NCBI GenBank assembly: GCA_001600815.1
Contig: BCKZ01000002.1
Coordinates: forward strand, 1,310,294 to 1,374,293
Direction of reading: 5' to 3'
DNA: 64,000 nt
Origin: Alloascoidea hylecoeti
Lineage: Eukaryota
Shown: positions 61,443 to 64,000 of the stretch, in pieces
Layout of the letters: each line of letters opens with the position of its first letter
Position numbering within the stretch: the first letter of the stretch is position 1
Notes under the pieces: model-generated
What the model saw: the letters and a program-made list of their open reading frames with translations, nothing else
Told to the model about the DNA's origin: nothing
The model's database searches: none
Made by a program: the position numbers and the translations under genes

Positions 61443-63191
61443 ATGGGACAATTGTTGGTGGCTACAGAGTGTGAAAATCAAGTCCATTTGATTATAGGAC
61501 TTGTTCCATTATCTTTAACAAGAATATCAAATTCAATTAAAAATGGAGCAAAACCAATTCTTATAGCTCCAAGGCTTAGTACTACAGATGGTTCTGAATC
61601 TCGACTAAATGGTCTGGTAGATGATTTGGTAGCAGAAGGTAATCTTCAATGGATCGAACGATCGTTCACATCAAATGATTTGATAACGCTTGGACGGGAT
61701 GAAGTTAATAACGTTGTTGATGCTGTTTTTGTATGCGTTGAAAAAACACCTGCGATTTTAGATTTCACTATAAATATATCAAAACAGTGTCGAAAGTTAA
61801 GGATACCTATTAATGTTGCAGATAATGGTGAATTATCTACTTTTACAATGTTATCTACGTATGCAGATGGAAGTTTTAAAATGGGTATTACAACAGGTGG
61901 TAAAGGTTGTAGATTAGCAACAAGAATTAAAAGAGAACTTGCTGGTTCATTACCTTTACAAATCGGTGAGATTTGTGATAAAGTTGGACAATTACGAAAA
62001 TTTATTTATGAAAAAGATTTAAAAGAATTTGAAGATTTAAATAATAATAAATTAGAAATTGGACAAGATGATGATGATGCAATACAAACTTTTAATTTAA
62101 ATAAATTGGTTATTGAAAATGAAATTGAAAAACATTATTTAGAAAAGAAAAGAAAAAGAATGAGATGGTTAACTCAAATTGTTGAATATTATCCATTAAA
62201 CAAATTAATTGATTTATCTATTGAAAAGTTATCAGATGCATATTATAACGATGAAAATTCTAAAAATGAATTGAAAGAAGTTGAAGATAAAGAAACAGAG
62301 CCTTCTATTTCTAGTAAACCTTCTATAGGTGCTATTTCATCAATGACATCAATAACAAGCACATTTATCGAAAAGAAAGGACAAATTTCACTTGTTGGTT
62401 CAGGTCCTGGATCAGTTTCACTATTAACAATTGGAGCATTATCAGCTATAAATTCAGCAGATTTAATATTAGCAGATAAATTAGTCCCATCAGAAATTCT
62501 TTCATTAATTCCAAAAAATACTGAAACATTCATTGCAAGGAAATTTCCAGGAAATGCAGAAGCAGCACAACAAGAATTATTATCAATTGGTTTAGAAGCA
62601 TTAAAAAAAGGTAAAAAAATAGTACGATTAAAACAAGGTGATCCATATATTTTTGGTCGTGGAGCAGAAGAATATAATTTTTTTAATGAACATGGTTTTA
62701 AACCAATAGTTATAGCAGGTGTTACTTCTGCTTTATCAGCACCGATTGTTGCTAATATACCGGCTACACATCGTCAAGTAGCTGATCAAGTGTTGATTTG
62801 TACAGGAACGGGTAGAAAAGGAGCATTACCTGATTTCCCAGAACATGTAGTTACACGAACTACAGTTTTCTTAATGGCATTACATAGGATTGAAAAATTA
62901 ATTAATGAACTTGTTGGAATTAAAAAATGGGATGAAAATTTACCATGTTGTGTTGTTGAAAGAGCATCATGTCATGATCAAAGAATAATACGAACAAGTC
63001 TGAAGAATGTCGTTGAGGCCGTTGAAGTGCTTGGTAGTAGACCTCCTGGATTGTTGATAACCGGATGGGCATGTCAAGTTATTGAGAAGAAGGGACAAGA
63101 AGGTTTGAAATGGACTGTTGAAGAAGGTTTGGGGCATCGGACTGTTCATGGACCAGATGTTAATTTACTTCATGTTTTATCTTCCATATAA
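61443..63191 (+). CDS. MET1: Uroporphyrinogen-III C-methyltransferase (siroheme synthesis)
   Basis: GGKGCRLATRIKRE and RMRWLTQIVEYYP in the N-half. ISLVGSGPG, ADLILADKLVP, RLKQGDPYIFGRGAEE and VVERASCHDQR in the methyltransferase half. ATG at 61443. Confidence 0.95.
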   Translation: MGQLLVATECENQVHLIIGLVPLSLTRISNSIKNGAKPILIAPRLSTTDGSESRLNGLVDDLVAEGNLQWIERSFTSNDLITLGRDEVNNVVDAVFVCVEKTPAILDFTINISKQCRKLRIPINVADNGELSTFTMLSTYADGSFKMGITTGGKGCRLATRIKRELAGSLPLQIGEICDKVGQLRKFIYEKDLKEFEDLNNNKLEIGQDDDDAIQTFNLNKLVIENEIEKHYLEKKRKRMRWLTQIVEYYPLNKLIDLSIEKLSDAYYNDENSKNELKEVEDKETEPSISSKPSIGAISSMTSITSTFIEKKGQISLVGSGPGSVSLLTIGALSAINSADLILADKLVPSEILSLIPKNTETFIARKFPGNAEAAQQELLSIGLEALKKGKKIVRLKQGDPYIFGRGAEEYNFFNEHGFKPIVIAGVTSALSAPIVANIPATHRQVADQVLICTGTGRKGALPDFPEHVVTRTTVFLMALHRIEKLINELVGIKKWDENLPCCVVERASCHDQRIIRTSLKNVVEAVEVLGSRPPGLLITGWACQVIEKKGQEGLKWTVEEGLGHRTVHGPDVNLLHVLSSI

Positions 63192-63680
63192 TTTTACTTA
63201 GCTAAGCATATTATAGCCACTTCAAGATTATGTTTTTTTAGACACTAGTTAGACATAGACACTGGTGTAAGTATACATGTATATAATGTTATGAAATATA
63301 TTTATAATTTCAAATTAATGGATTCATCGATATCGATATCAACATATAGGTATACCGATTGTAACTTTTGTAAAAATTTGTATTTTCGCTTGGATCAGTC
63401 GTTAGTGCACTATTTGTATATTTAATACAATTTATGGTACGGAAGGCTCCAATGAGAAAACTATCTACTGCCAGACTTCAGATCTAGATCAGAGTCGTTA
63501 TTGGATTCGTTATCTTTGTTGTTTCCTTTAGTATTATCCTACTATTCATAGTCTCATCACTCGCCTTGGGGTTTCTTATTTAGTCTCTTACTTTGATGTC
63601 TCTAGATTTGAAGCCGTTCCTCCTCAATACTTTTAACTGTTCTTAAAATGGTGCACAATGTTCCGTAGACATTAAAGATT

Positions 63681-64000
63681 CAGTCAGTGCCTTATATGAA
63701 TTTATGAAATGACATTTTAAGTTTAGTATTTAGTGTTAAAGTCATTAACGTCTTAAACGGCTACCATTCTACGGGTCGGAGAATGGAGTTAATCAGATTA
63801 TCGATGATATGATGATGATGATATGATCCATGAGGTCCTAATATTTTGAGAGCGGCATAAATAATAGATCTTCGTATCCGTGGAAGGATCATAAATGATG
63901 AACTTTTTTGAGGATATTTCGAATTCACATGTGGTCAATTGGATTCAGGTCCGATGAATAAGGCGGCCACTCTAGCAGGTTTATCTCCTTGTCATGAAAC
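63681..64000 (-). mobile_element. Tc1/mariner (IS630-Tc1) transposase remnant, C-terminal part, truncated by the window end
   Basis: Minus strand reads FHDKEINLLEWPPYSSDLNPIDHM*, the Tc1 WPPYSPDLNPIExxW signature. It then reads IDNLINS and ends VNDFNTKY* at 63723 (cf. the Tc1-family terminal TKY*). Possible decayed TIR starting CAGTCAGTGC at 63681. Confidence 0.85.

Noticed and set aside
16720..64000. RIP-like mutagenesis of the transposon relics (several TGG or CAA codons turned into stops)
   Set aside because: Too few sites and no aligned copies. Ordinary AT-biased decay explains it, and RIP is not established in budding yeasts.
1..64000. Alternative CUG decoding; tRNA, snRNA or snoRNA genes; LTR pairs
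   Set aside because: CTG falls at conserved Leu positions in MAK3 and the SurE gene. I recognised no cloverleaf, box-motif RNA or LTR pair by eye; covariance-model searches would be needed to exclude them.

Overview
AT-rich nuclear DNA from a budding yeast (Saccharomycotina). It is probably an early-branching, non-Saccharomycetaceae lineage: it keeps a respiratory complex I subunit, has 14 short spliceosomal introns with relaxed signals, and reads CTG as Leu at conserved Leu positions of MAK3 and the SurE gene. About 21 intact genes were read: HSL7, a SurE-only PBY1-like gene, MAK3, ATG11, a KES1/OSH4-type ORP, a PIF1-family helicase, NHP6, DEF1, FKS1, PRP3, an unassigned coiled-coil gene, UGO1, TLG1, TDA3, STD1/MTH1, NDUFB7, a GAT2/BRG1-type GATA factor, GPT2/SCT1, BET3, ETT1 and MET1. 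Exon joins were reconstructed by hand and all give in-frame products. The intergenic DNA holds decayed inserts that the ORF track mostly misses: an ~87-bp 25S rRNA fragment, a Tc1/mariner transposase remnant at the right edge, Ty3/gypsy RT-RNaseH and integrase(-chromodomain) relics, a Lon protease pseudogene fragment and a frameshifted, possibly Rif1-like, ORF. Three gene neighbourhoods match S. cerevisiae gene order as recalled. Candidate Rgt1/Mig1, Cbf1/Met31-32 and SBF/MBF sites sit upstream of the expected genes. I found no clearly new multi-gene system. All family calls come from recalled motifs, not database searches.
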